From an uncultured Candidatus Saccharibacteria bacterium (GTDB lineage: Bacteria; Patescibacteriota; Minisyncoccia; Minisyncoccales; PWPS01): a stretch of DNA of 64,000 nt. Made by a program: the position numbers and the translations under genes. Of the stretch, positions 19,632-27,801 are shown piece by piece (the stretch's first letter is position 1; each line of letters begins with the position of its first letter). A model generated the notes under the pieces. It was given only the letters and a program-made list of their open reading frames with translations. It made no database searches and was not told where the DNA came from. The stretch covers positions 15,011-79,010 of the forward strand of contig CAZDOR010000003.1 in NCBI GenBank assembly GCA_964507105.1, read 5' to 3'.

Positions 19632-19645
19632 CCAGGAATTTTAAA

Positions 19646-19674
19646 AAGAGTGCCGTGTCGGCACTCTTCTTTTA
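19646..19674 (+). terminator. rho-independent terminator
   Basis: AAGAGTGCC / GTGTC loop / GGCACTCTT, followed by CTTTTATT. Confidence 0.8.
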
Positions 19675-19704
19675 TTGACACACGTATTAATAATATAGTA
19701 GAAT
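19675..19704 (+). promoter_or_regulatory. promoter-like element at the start of the 362-bp non-coding region
   Basis: TTGACA-18 nt-TAGAAT directly after the upstream terminator, about 290 nt before the next ATG (19994). Confidence 0.4.
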
Positions 19705-19993
19705 AAATTGAATTTAACTAATTAAGTAAAGGGCATATTGCTTAAAAGAAAAGTGGATCGAACCGGCTTTTAAAAAGATGAGTTTAAATCAAAGTTTTAT
19801 TGAAAAGCTTAAAAATATAAAGGGTGAAGGCGGAATTAATTACTTAAGAAAAATAAAAAGATAATGAGACCCAGCAACTCAAAGAGAAACAGGCTCCTTT
19901 TTAAAATGATGACGATTAAAAATTAGTAGCAAGGGTGCGAAACGCCTCTTTTTTTAAGTATAAATAAGCGAATTTTGACCAAAATAAAAGAGC

Positions 19994-20866
19994 ATGAAAA
20001 AAGTATCATTACAAAAAGGGAAAGAGCGGAAAGTAAACATAAAAAAATCACTGGAAAATCTTCGCGGTGAAATAGAAGAAGAGATTAACGGTGCAAAAAA
20101 AGTTATTATAAAACCCGATTTAACCTCGGCTCAAAAACAATCCGTGTCCGTGCACAGACATGCGCTTGAAAGCGTTCTTGAATTTTTATCCACTCTTTCA
20201 AGCGGGGAGATAATAATTGCGGGCTCCGCTCGAATAGGAGACACGAAAGAGGCTTTTAATAATTTCGGATATTATAATCTGAAAAAAAAATATAATATTC
20301 AATTTCTCGATCTTTATGAAAGTAAAGATTGTAAAAAAGTTAAAATTTATTCAAGAGATTTAAATCCTGCCGAGACCTGTGTTCCCAAAATTTTATTACG
20401 AGAAGATGTTTACACCATCTCCATAAGTGGATTAAAAACGGATGATGCCGTCGTTGCTTCGATGGGTATTAAAAACTTGGCCGGCTGTATGGTCGAGCGC
20501 CCATTGAACCATTCCGGATATAAGGCGATTAATTTAAGCATTGCAAATTTAATGCAGGTATTAAAGCCGAACTTGTCCATAATTGACGCTTTTGAGGCAG
20601 TTGAAGGAGAGTCACCGACGCGAGGTGATGTCGTTAGTATGGAGTTGGCAGTTTCCGGAACCGATTTTTTGAGTGTTGATACTGTTGGAGCAACCATTAT
20701 GGGCTTTAATCCTTATAGGATAGGATATTTATCCCACTGTCGAGAGGAAGGGCTGGGTGAGGGAGATATCTCGAATATAGAAATAATTGGGAATATTGAT
20801 ATAGAAAAAGTAAAAAGAAATTTTAGACCTCATCCTAAATATGAAAACCAACTCAACTGGGAATGA
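19994..20866 (+). CDS. DUF362 domain protein (paralogue 1)
   Basis: VIIKPDL..., ISISGLKTDD, SIIDAFEAVEG and GTDFLSVDTVGATIMG resemble the DUF362 layout. No ferredoxin-type Cys cluster. Confidence 0.55.
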   Translation: MKKVSLQKGKERKVNIKKSLENLRGEIEEEINGAKKVIIKPDLTSAQKQSVSVHRHALESVLEFLSTLSSGEIIIAGSARIGDTKEAFNNFGYYNLKKKYNIQFLDLYESKDCKKVKIYSRDLNPAETCVPKILLREDVYTISISGLKTDDAVVASMGIKNLAGCMVERPLNHSGYKAINLSIANLMQVLKPNLSIIDAFEAVEGESPTRGDVVSMELAVSGTDFLSVDTVGATIMGFNPYRIGYLSHCREEGLGEGDISNIEIIGNIDIEKVKRNFRPHPKYENQLNWE

Positions 20867-21089
20867 TTATTTAAAAGTGAGGGTTGAGCCGGACTGCCGT
20901 AAAGAACGAATTTATTGGAGTGGTGATCGTTTAATAATTGAAGTTTCCGAAAGAGCGAAAGAAAATCGAGCCAATAAAAGAGTATTTGAAATTATCTCTT
21001 TTATTTTTCCGCAAAAACGTATAGAATTAGTAAAAGGATCGAAAAGAAAAAACAAAATTTTTAAAATATATGAAAAACAGGTCAATTGA
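20841..21089 (+). CDS. DUF167 (YggU/UPF0235)-like protein
   Basis: YLKVRVEPDCRKERI...LIIEVSERAKENRANKRVFEIIS...IELVKGSKRKNKIFKI follows the DUF167 pattern. 82 aa. Confidence 0.6.
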   Translation: MKTNSTGNDYLKVRVEPDCRKERIYWSGDRLIIEVSERAKENRANKRVFEIISFIFPQKRIELVKGSKRKNKIFKIYEKQVN

Positions 21090-21330
21090 AAAACCGTTTT
21101 TAATTTTTGTAATCATTCTTTCCGGGTTGTTGGGAATTTTTCATTTTATTCGTCTTAGTTTTGGGTGGGATATTTATCTTGACAACTGGGCCATTCCGGA
21201 GCTGATAAGCGGATTCAAGGTTGTGATTTCAGTATTTATTATATACTGGGCTTCAATAATTTTAAATCAGAAAAATGGAAAAAATGAAGAAAGTAATAAA
21301 GAAGAAGAGCACGAAGAACTTGAAATGTGA
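21070..21330 (+). CDS. small two-TM membrane protein
   Basis: 86 aa with two hydrophobic helices and an acidic tail. Overlaps both neighbours. Confidence 0.4.
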   Translation: MKNRSIEKPFLIFVIILSGLLGIFHFIRLSFGWDIYLDNWAIPELISGFKVVISVFIIYWASIILNQKNGKNEESNKEEEHEELEM

Positions 21331-22090
21331 CATCGAATTATTGATTAATCACCTGAATAAAGGCGGATTTGATGGTGAAAAAGTACTGGTGAAGCCAAAT
21401 TTTAATACCGCTGATCCTTTTCCCGCTTCGACTGATCCTGATTTTTTAAAAGCGATGGTTCTTGTTTTAAAAAAAATCGGATTTCAAAAAGTTATCATAG
21501 GGGAATCATCAACATTTTATAAAAGTAGCGAAAAAGTGATTAACAGAAAGAAACTTGATGAAATTAACTCTTATGATTTTGTAGATTTGGTTAATTTTGA
21601 TCAAACTGAAAAGATCGAGAAGAAAATACCCGAAGGAAACTACCTAAAAAAGGCAACCGTTCCCAAATTATTGGACGAAGTCGACAAGGTAATTTATTTG
21701 CCGTGTGTAAAAACACATTTTCATGCGGAATATACCGGATCGTTGAAACTTTCGGTCGGTCTGATGTCTACATTGGAAAAAATTAAATTTCATATCAAAA
21801 ATCTCCAAGAAAAAATTGTTGAACTCAATAAGCTGGTTAATCCCGATCTGATTATAATGGACGGAAGAAAGTGTTTTATCGATGGAGGACCGGTTAATGG
21901 AACGGTAAAGAAGCCGAATGAGATTTTAGCTTCGACTGATCGAGTTGCGATAGATTTGGAAGAAGTTAAATTAATTAAAACTTTTCCCGGTAATTCGTTA
22001 GAGAAAAGAAGTCCGAAAAAAATACCTCAAATTAAAAAAGGAATTGAATTGGGTGTGGGTTCGGCGGATTATGAGTTGGTTGAAATTTAG
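21275..22090 (+). CDS. DUF362 domain protein (paralogue 2)
   Basis: VLVKPNFNTADPFPASTDPDFLKAMVLVLKKIG, CVKTHFHAEYTGSLKLSVG, IIMDGRKCFIDGGP, STDRVAIDLEE. The true start may be a downstream Met. Confidence 0.65.
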   Translation: MEKMKKVIKKKSTKNLKCDIELLINHLNKGGFDGEKVLVKPNFNTADPFPASTDPDFLKAMVLVLKKIGFQKVIIGESSTFYKSSEKVINRKKLDEINSYDFVDLVNFDQTEKIEKKIPEGNYLKKATVPKLLDEVDKVIYLPCVKTHFHAEYTGSLKLSVGLMSTLEKIKFHIKNLQEKIVELNKLVNPDLIIMDGRKCFIDGGPVNGTVKKPNEILASTDRVAIDLEEVKLIKTFPGNSLEKRSPKKIPQIKKGIELGVGSADYELVEI

Positions 22091-22769
22091 AAGGATGAAT
22101 GTTTATATATCTCCACATCCCGATGATGCAATGCTTTCATGTGGAGGGAGGATTTTACAGAATAGAGATAAAAAACAGCTGGTTATAAATGTCTTTACCG
22201 CGATTTATAAAGGAAAAACCGAATGGGATGAATTGTGTGATTTAAGAAACCCTCATCCTATGTATCTTAGAATTCGAGAAGATAACAAAATACTGTCTTC
22301 TCTCGAGGTTCAGTGTCGATATTTAAATTTTTTGGATCAAGCGGTTTACAAAAATATAAAAGACAAGCCTCGCCCGAAATCAATTATAGAAAAAATTGAA
22401 TTCACTTTGCGAAAAAAATTAAAAAAAATACCAAAAGCAAAACTCTTTTTTCCTTTTGGTTTAGCACATCAGGACCACAAGGTTTTGAGAGAAATAGGCG
22501 AAAGAATAGCTCGTGATTACCATGTTTGTTTTTATGAAGACATTCCTTATGCTTTAACCGATTCAATTTCCGATTGGAGATTTTATAAGCTTACTGAAGA
22601 AAGCCTGAAAGAAAAAATTAATCTGATTTTTAATTATGAAAGCCAAATTCCGGGTTTATTAACTATTTCAGAATCCGAGTCTGAAATTTCACTTGCAAAT
22701 AAACTGAAAAATCATCACCGAGAACAAGGCGAACCTGTTGAAAAAATTTATAAATTTTCCTACACTTAA
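22044..22769 (+). CDS. PIG-L/LmbE-family deacetylase
   Basis: VYISPHPDDAMLSCGG is the PIG-L zinc-site motif, and HQDH comes later. The likely real start is the ATG at 22095 (MNVYISPHPDD). Confidence 0.75.
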   Translation: MNWVWVRRIMSWLKFRRMNVYISPHPDDAMLSCGGRILQNRDKKQLVINVFTAIYKGKTEWDELCDLRNPHPMYLRIREDNKILSSLEVQCRYLNFLDQAVYKNIKDKPRPKSIIEKIEFTLRKKLKKIPKAKLFFPFGLAHQDHKVLREIGERIARDYHVCFYEDIPYALTDSISDWRFYKLTEESLKEKINLIFNYESQIPGLLTISESESEISLANKLKNHHREQGEPVEKIYKFSYT

Positions 22770-22807
22770 ATTAACCGTTAAAAATTATTAAATTTAATTA
22801 AAATAAA

Positions 22808-23644
22808 ATGAAAATATTTCAAAAAACTTGGTTTTGGATCATATTGGTTGCAGTAGTCATTGCTGGAGGAGTGCTTTTTTGGGGAATGAGAGAAGACGGG
22901 GCTAACGAAGAGAATGTTGCCATCCGTGTAAATGAAACGGAGTACAGCTATGAAGAATTTAATCAGGTGGTCGATTCAATGAGTCAACAGGGGCAGATGT
23001 TCGGAATGCAAATGACGGAGGAAGATCTCTTTAACGAAACAAAAGATGTCCTTATAAGAGAGGCGCTGTTATTGGAGTATGTTGAGGATCAGGACATTGA
23101 AATTACGGACGATGATTTGGATGCGGAAATTGAAGAGTTGCTTACGATGTATGGAATATCTACTGAGGAAGAATTAATAGAGCAATTACAGATGGGTGGA
23201 GAGCAAATAGAAGATAGGGGTGATTTGGATGAAGCACTGGAGCCCCAAGCCAAATTAAATAAACTAATTCTTATTTATGAAGAGGATGTGGAGGTAACCG
23301 ATGAACAGCTTGAGGAAGAGTATGAAGATTTTGTAGAGAGAGAAGAGCAACAAGCTGAAGTTCAGGGAATGGACGGTGAAGTGCCTTCATTTGAGGAAGT
23401 AGAGAATCAACTTAGAGAGGAGCTAACTTCCAGGAAAGCTCAGGAAAAGATAATGACGACTACCGAAGAGATGAGACAGGAAGCGGAGATCGATGTTTTC
23501 GTTACTATTGAAGATGTCGAGCTGGAAGAGCCCGAAATGGAAGGAGGAATCGATGTTGATCCGGAAGAATTAGAAGAATTAGAAGAAATGGAGGAAATGG
23601 AGGAAATGGAGGAAATGGAACAGATCGAAGACATTGAAGAATAA
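22808..23644 (+). CDS. membrane-anchored, very acidic SurA-N/PpiD-like chaperone-domain protein
   Basis: N-terminal TM helix. VAIRVNETEYSYEEFNQ...LIREALLLEYVEDQDIEITDDDLDAEIEE resembles the SurA N-terminal domain. The C-terminus is an EEL/EEM repeat. Confidence 0.45.
   Translation: MKIFQKTWFWIILVAVVIAGGVLFWGMREDGANEENVAIRVNETEYSYEEFNQVVDSMSQQGQMFGMQMTEEDLFNETKDVLIREALLLEYVEDQDIEITDDDLDAEIEELLTMYGISTEEELIEQLQMGGEQIEDRGDLDEALEPQAKLNKLILIYEEDVEVTDEQLEEEYEDFVEREEQQAEVQGMDGEVPSFEEVENQLREELTSRKAQEKIMTTTEEMRQEAEIDVFVTIEDVELEEPEMEGGIDVDPEELEELEEMEEMEEMEEMEQIEDIEE
23564..23617 (+). repeat. in-frame 9-bp tandem repeat (6 units) encoding [18 protein letters not shown]
   Basis: GAAGAATTA x2, GAAGAAATG x1, GAGGAAATG x3, read directly from the sequence inside CDS 22808-23644. 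Confidence 0.9.
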
Positions 23645-23668
23645 AAACTAAAAAAGGAGGGGCTCGGA

Positions 23669-24085
23669 GTGCGAGTTATATTTTTTGTTTTTTTACTTAT
23701 TTTTTCCGGAATTTCAGCTTATTGTAACTTGTTTGCAGAAAGAAGAGTGATGAAGGAAATCACCCGAAGTAATTATTTGAAGGCATTGCGCTATTCACGG
23801 TATTGTCCGAGCAAAGAAAAAGAGCTGCTTGTTGTTAGGTTGATTAGAAATGATTTTAAAGCGATGTATTCAAACCTGGAGTATATTTCCGAAGAGGAAT
23901 TGAGTTTACTTATTGATTATATGCAGGTTTTGTCACTGCGCCCGGAGGTTTATTTAAAGGTAGTAGAAAAAGTGAGGGATGCTGAAAATATTGAACTTAC
24001 TCGGAAACTGGAAAAAAACATTGAAAAACCGGCATGGAAAATCGTGCTGAGGAAAGACTTACACTCTTTTAAAGATGCCGAGTAA
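23669..24085 (+). CDS. hypothetical exported protein
   Basis: GTG start 7 nt after AAGGAGGGG. N-terminal signal-like helix (VIFFVFLLIFSGISAYC). A strong terminator spans the stop codon. Confidence 0.5.
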   Translation: MRVIFFVFLLIFSGISAYCNLFAERRVMKEITRSNYLKALRYSRYCPSKEKELLVVRLIRNDFKAMYSNLEYISEEELSLLIDYMQVLSLRPEVYLKVVEKVRDAENIELTRKLEKNIEKPAWKIVLRKDLHSFKDAE

Positions 24086-24104
24086 ATCTCGGCATTTTTG
24101 TTTT
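24074..24104 (+). terminator. rho-independent terminator with the stop codon in the loop
   Basis: ATGCCGAG / TAAAT loop / CTCGGCAT, followed by TTTTGTTTT. Confidence 0.8.
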
Positions 24105-24115
24105 GAAGAAAAAAA

Positions 24116-24124
24116 TGATAGAAT
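24116..24124 (+). promoter_or_regulatory. extended -10 promoter of the nuclease-UDG operon
   Basis: TGA-TAGAAT. The -10 ends 12 nt before the ATG at 24137, and there is no SD. Confidence 0.45.
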
Positions 24125-24136
24125 TTAATAACAGTT

Positions 24137-25180
24137 ATGTATAAAAAATATTTGTGGATATCCCACTCGGCAATAAATACTTTTGATAGGTGCCCGCAAG
24201 CATATTATTATCAATATCAATACAAAAATCCGGAAACCGGTAATCGGCTTCAGATTGTAAATCCTTATTTTTCATTAGGGCTTTCGGTTCACCAGGCGAT
24301 TGAAGAGTTAGCGGGCATGTCCGTAGAAGATAGATTAAAGGTTTCTCTTAAGGATAGGTTTGAAAACATCTGGGAAAATTATTCCGGAAAGATGGGCGGG
24401 TTTGTATCAAAAAAGCAAGAAAAAAAATTCAAGGATAGAGGCGAGATGATGATTGACAGGGTTGTTAATTCTGATTTTCTGGAAAAACCGTCAACTGAAA
24501 TTGAAGAACAAGTGCCCAGCATTAACCTTATTTCGGAGGAAAATATAAAATTAGTAGGAAGTTTGGACTGGATACAAGTTTTGAAGGATGGCGGGTATCA
24601 TATAATTGATTTTAAAACGGGAAAAAATAAAGAAAGTAAAAATTCACTACAGCTCCCTATATATAATATATTGGCAAATGAAAAATTGGACGGTGACATA
24701 AAGAAGTTCAGTTACTGGTATTTAAATAGTGATGAAGAGCTTACTCCTTGTGAGTTGGGTCCGGTAGCGGAAAGCCTCAAGACAATTAAAGAGAAAGCAT
24801 TAGAAATCAAGCAACATGTAGACAATAACGATTATCCTTGCCACTATAACGGAAAATGTTTTGCTTGTGGTGATTATCATAGAATTTTTAATGGACAAGC
24901 TGAATTTTTGGGAACCGATTCGGAGTCGAGAAAAGATTTATATTTTATATTGGATGAAGATAATGTAGTCAGGAAGCTGATTGACAATGAAGTGTTTAAT
25001 ATCAAAGAAGAAAAAATTTTTGAAATGAGAATGAAAGGGTTTGATCTAAAAAAAATAGGTAATGAACTGAGAATGAAAGAAGAAAGACTCAAAAAAATAA
25101 CCGGATCCATAAAACAAAAAATGGTGGAAGAACTGTCTCCAAAAGAGGTTAGGCTTTTAATAAATAAAAAACTGAAGTAA
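24137..25180 (+). CDS. Cas4/AddB-like PD-(D/E)XK nuclease with predicted Fe-S cysteines and a C-terminal HTH-like tail
   Basis: FDRCPQAYYY (Cys 1), GSLDWIQ, IIDFKTGK, QLPIYNIL (QxxxY), CHYNGKCFAC (Cys 2-4). The last ~90 aa resemble a sigma70 region 4/LuxR HTH (FDLKKIGNELRMKEERLKKITGSIKQKM). Confidence 0.7.
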   Translation: MYKKYLWISHSAINTFDRCPQAYYYQYQYKNPETGNRLQIVNPYFSLGLSVHQAIEELAGMSVEDRLKVSLKDRFENIWENYSGKMGGFVSKKQEKKFKDRGEMMIDRVVNSDFLEKPSTEIEEQVPSINLISEENIKLVGSLDWIQVLKDGGYHIIDFKTGKNKESKNSLQLPIYNILANEKLDGDIKKFSYWYLNSDEELTPCELGPVAESLKTIKEKALEIKQHVDNNDYPCHYNGKCFACGDYHRIFNGQAEFLGTDSESRKDLYFILDEDNVVRKLIDNEVFNIKEEKIFEMRMKGFDLKKIGNELRMKEERLKKITGSIKQKMVEELSPKEVRLLINKKLK

Positions 25181-25780
25181 ATGGCTTCTGAAAAGACAAG
25201 AAAATTAAAAAAAATTAAAGAAGAAGTTATCGAATTGGAGGAATCCCCCTTATATAGCTACAGAAAAGATAACGACTATTTTCCGGTGATAGGTGAAGGA
25301 GATCATGATGCCGATTTAATATTTATAGGGGAGGCACCCGGAGAAAATGAGGCAAAAACGGGTCGACCCTTTTGTGGTAGAGCGGGTCAAATTCTTGATG
25401 AAATGCTTGAAGAGGTCGGGATAAAGAGAAAAAATACTTATGTTACCAACATTGTTAAAGATAGACCACCGGAAAATAGAGACCCCACTTCGAATGAGAT
25501 AACTCTCTACGGCCCGTTTTTGGATAGGCAAATCAAGATAATAGAGCCTGATATTGTTGCTACATTGGGAAGATTTTCAGCAAATTATCTTCTGAAAAAA
25601 TATTCTTTCGGTGGTAAGTTTTCAATATCAAAGATACACGGGCAATTGTTCGAGAAGGATGATCTTGATTTTAAAATTATTCCTCTTTATCACCCGGCAG
25701 CTGCAATTTACACACAAGATCGAAAAAACGATCTTTCCGAAGATTTTCGGTTTGTAAAAAAATTATTAAATAACACATAA
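25181..25780 (+). CDS. uracil-DNA glycosylase, family 4
   Basis: LIFIGEAPGENEAKTGRPFCGRAGQILDEML and a late HPAAAIY motif. Starts 1 nt after the nuclease stop. Confidence 0.85.
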   Translation: MASEKTRKLKKIKEEVIELEESPLYSYRKDNDYFPVIGEGDHDADLIFIGEAPGENEAKTGRPFCGRAGQILDEMLEEVGIKRKNTYVTNIVKDRPPENRDPTSNEITLYGPFLDRQIKIIEPDIVATLGRFSANYLLKKYSFGGKFSISKIHGQLFEKDDLDFKIIPLYHPAAAIYTQDRKNDLSEDFRFVKKLLNNT

Positions 25781-25783
25781 AAC

Positions 25784-26521
25784 ATGGAAATTACAATTTT
25801 AGTTATATTTGTAGTAATCGCTTTTATGGCAATTAAAATAGCCAAAGAGTATGAAAGAGCGGTTATTTTTAGATTGGGACGTTTTATTGGGGTTAAAGGT
25901 CCGGGTCTTTTCTTCTTAATACCGATAATTGATAAAATGGAAAAAGTGGATCTTAGAATTATTACCCAAGATGTACCGCCACAAGAAGTGATAACAAAGG
26001 ACAATGTTCCTGTAAAAATAGATGCCGTTGTTTACTACAAAATAATTAATCCCGAAAAGGCCACCATTGAAGTTGAAAATTTCAAAAAAGCAACTTCGGA
26101 AGTTTCTCAAACGACTCTTCGTGGTGTCGCGGGGGCTTCTGAGCTTGATGATATATTATCCGAACGTGAAAAGATAAATAACAAGCTGCACGAGATTATA
26201 GATGAGGCTACTGATCCATGGGGAATAAAGGTAACCAGCGTAGAAGTAAAACATGTTGAAGTTCCGCGAGAAATGCAAAGATCAATTGCTCAGCAAGCTG
26301 AAGCGGAAAGAACCAAAAGAAGCAAAATTATATTGGCTGATGGTGAATATCAAGCAGCTCAAAAACTGAAAGAAGCCGGGGAGGTTTTAGGCTCGGCTCC
26401 GATAACCTTGCGATATCTCGAAACGCTTTCCGATGCGGCAAAAGAAGAAAACACCAGCATTCTTTTTCCTGTAGAATTGATGGAGATGTTCAAGAAGGTC
26501 AATAATGAAGATGAAGGCTGA
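25784..26521 (+). CDS. SPFH/band-7 (stomatin-like) membrane protein
   Basis: N-terminal TM helix, then [34 protein letters not shown], and a coiled-coil [17 protein letters not shown]. Confidence 0.85.
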   Translation: MEITILVIFVVIAFMAIKIAKEYERAVIFRLGRFIGVKGPGLFFLIPIIDKMEKVDLRIITQDVPPQEVITKDNVPVKIDAVVYYKIINPEKATIEVENFKKATSEVSQTTLRGVAGASELDDILSEREKINNKLHEIIDEATDPWGIKVTSVEVKHVEVPREMQRSIAQQAEAERTKRSKIILADGEYQAAQKLKEAGEVLGSAPITLRYLETLSDAAKEENTSILFPVELMEMFKKVNNEDEG

Positions 26522-27182
26522 ATATGGAGGAATATTCGGGATAAAAAAACCTTCCGGTCCAACTTCTCATGATATTGTTGATCGTTTAAGGGAAATAACG
26601 GGGATAAACAAGATAGGGCATGCCGGGACATTGGACCCGATTGCGGAAGGAGTTTTGGTTGTAGCGATAGGTCGAAAATTCACCAAACGTATTTCGAAAT
26701 ACCAAAATAGTGAAAAGGATTATCGGGCAGTTATAAGGTTGAACAAGACAAGTGACACTGATGACAGGGCGGGAGAAATAAAACCGGTTAAAATTGAGAA
26801 AACTCCCGATATTGAAAAAATAAAAGACAAACTAAATGAATTTATCGGAACTATCCAGCAGACTCCTCCCATTTACAGTGCAGTTAAAATAAACGGAATT
26901 CCCAGTTATAAATTAGCCAGAAGAGGAAAAACCCCCAACCTTTCTCCGAGAAAGGTTGTAATTAAGGAAATAATAATAACCGATTACCAGTTTCCCGATT
27001 TAAGCCTGTTTATTACTTCGGGTCCGGGCGTTTATGTAAGATCCATTGCTCGAGATTTAGGTAAAAAATTAAAAACCGGTGGAATCTTGTTTGAGTTAAT
27101 AAGGATCAGGGTAGGGAAGTTTACTTTGAAAAATTCTTATAGCTTGAGAGAATTTAAGTCAATCAGACCTCATATGAACTAA
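26505..27182 (+). CDS. truB: tRNA pseudouridine(55) synthase
   Basis: [36 protein letters not shown] (catalytic Asp), [13 protein letters not shown]. Confidence 0.9.
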   Translation: MKMKAEYGGIFGIKKPSGPTSHDIVDRLREITGINKIGHAGTLDPIAEGVLVVAIGRKFTKRISKYQNSEKDYRAVIRLNKTSDTDDRAGEIKPVKIEKTPDIEKIKDKLNEFIGTIQQTPPIYSAVKINGIPSYKLARRGKTPNLSPRKVVIKEIIITDYQFPDLSLFITSGPGVYVRSIARDLGKKLKTGGILFELIRIRVGKFTLKNSYSLREFKSIRPHMN

Positions 27183-27189
27183 ATAAATA

Positions 27190-27222
27190 AAAAATAAGCC
27201 TCGCATTTGTGCGAGGCTCAGG
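27190..27222. terminator. hairpin shared by convergent truB and the GerMN-like gene
   Basis: AGCCTCGCA / TTTG loop / TGCGAGGCT. There is a good T-run only on the minus strand (plus AAAAATAA at 27190-27197). Confidence 0.7.
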
Positions 27223-27231
27223 TTTGCTTAT

Positions 27232-27708
27232 TCATGGTTGAAAGATATGTTCTTGGCCAATGAATTCAATCTGGCATACGTTTCCGAATTGTAGAACAGT
27301 TTTTTTAATTTGCTTCTTAAGATTCTCAATTCTACTTGATCCACCACTGGTGAAAAAATTATCATCTTGAAGTTTTATGGTTACTTTTCCGTTGTTTTCA
27401 AATACATCTTTTACGAAAACAGAATGATTTTCATTCCATTCAGTTGAAAAGCCGATATCTTTTTCTTCAGCAGTCAATTCTATATTAATTAACTTCTCTA
27501 CAGTACGTTTTATCCGGTTGTTCGCTTCTACTTTTCGGTAAACAGGAAACAAGTTCGTTTCGCTTTCCAGCGAATCGGCAATTTCAAAGTTATTTACATA
27601 TATTGGAACCACCTTTTCCGGACTCTTTCCGTTTACGGGATTAACACTTAAGAAAGTAATCACAATTACCATAAAAGCAACAAAAAAAAGAACAAATATT
27701 TTTTTCAT
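27232..27708 (-). CDS. exported GerMN-domain-like protein
   Basis: Signal anchor. PIYVNN..LFPVYRKV...KVTIKLQDDNF..GGSSRIENLKKQIKKTVLQFGNVCQIEF follows the GerMN pattern. It has a consensus promoter, a GGAGGG SD and a terminator. Confidence 0.5.
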   Translation of the reverse strand: MKKIFVLFFVAFMVIVITFLSVNPVNGKSPEKVVPIYVNNFEIADSLESETNLFPVYRKVEANNRIKRTVEKLINIELTAEEKDIGFSTEWNENHSVFVKDVFENNGKVTIKLQDDNFFTSGGSSRIENLKKQIKKTVLQFGNVCQIEFIGQEHIFQP

Positions 27709-27729
27709 AATATCCCTCCTCTGTTCTTT

Positions 27730-27758
27730 ATTATAGTATATAATATTTTAAAAGTCAA
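27730..27758 (-). promoter_or_regulatory. consensus sigma70 promoter of the GerMN-like gene
   Basis: Minus strand reads TTGACT-17 nt-TATAAT, then a 21-nt leader containing GGAGGG. Confidence 0.65.
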
Positions 27759-27764
27759 AAAAGG

Positions 27765-27793
27765 TTGAATAAGCTAAACTTAAATACTATAAT
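27765..27793 (+). promoter_or_regulatory. consensus sigma70 promoter of the mscS-kef operon
   Basis: TTGAAT-17 nt-TATAAT. The -10 ends 8 nt before the ATG at 27802. Confidence 0.65.
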
Positions 27794-27801
27794 GGAGCAA
27801 T

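Noticed and set aside
19753-19768. GGATCGAACC string resembling a tRNA T-arm (possible tRNA fragment or att scar)
   Set aside because: The flanking bases do not pair into a T-stem or acceptor stem on either strand. No cloverleaf can be drawn and no integrase is adjacent.
23440-23634. 64-aa minus-strand ORF (SISSISSISS...)
   Set aside because: It is the reverse complement of the EEL/EEM tandem repeat inside a supported plus-strand CDS.
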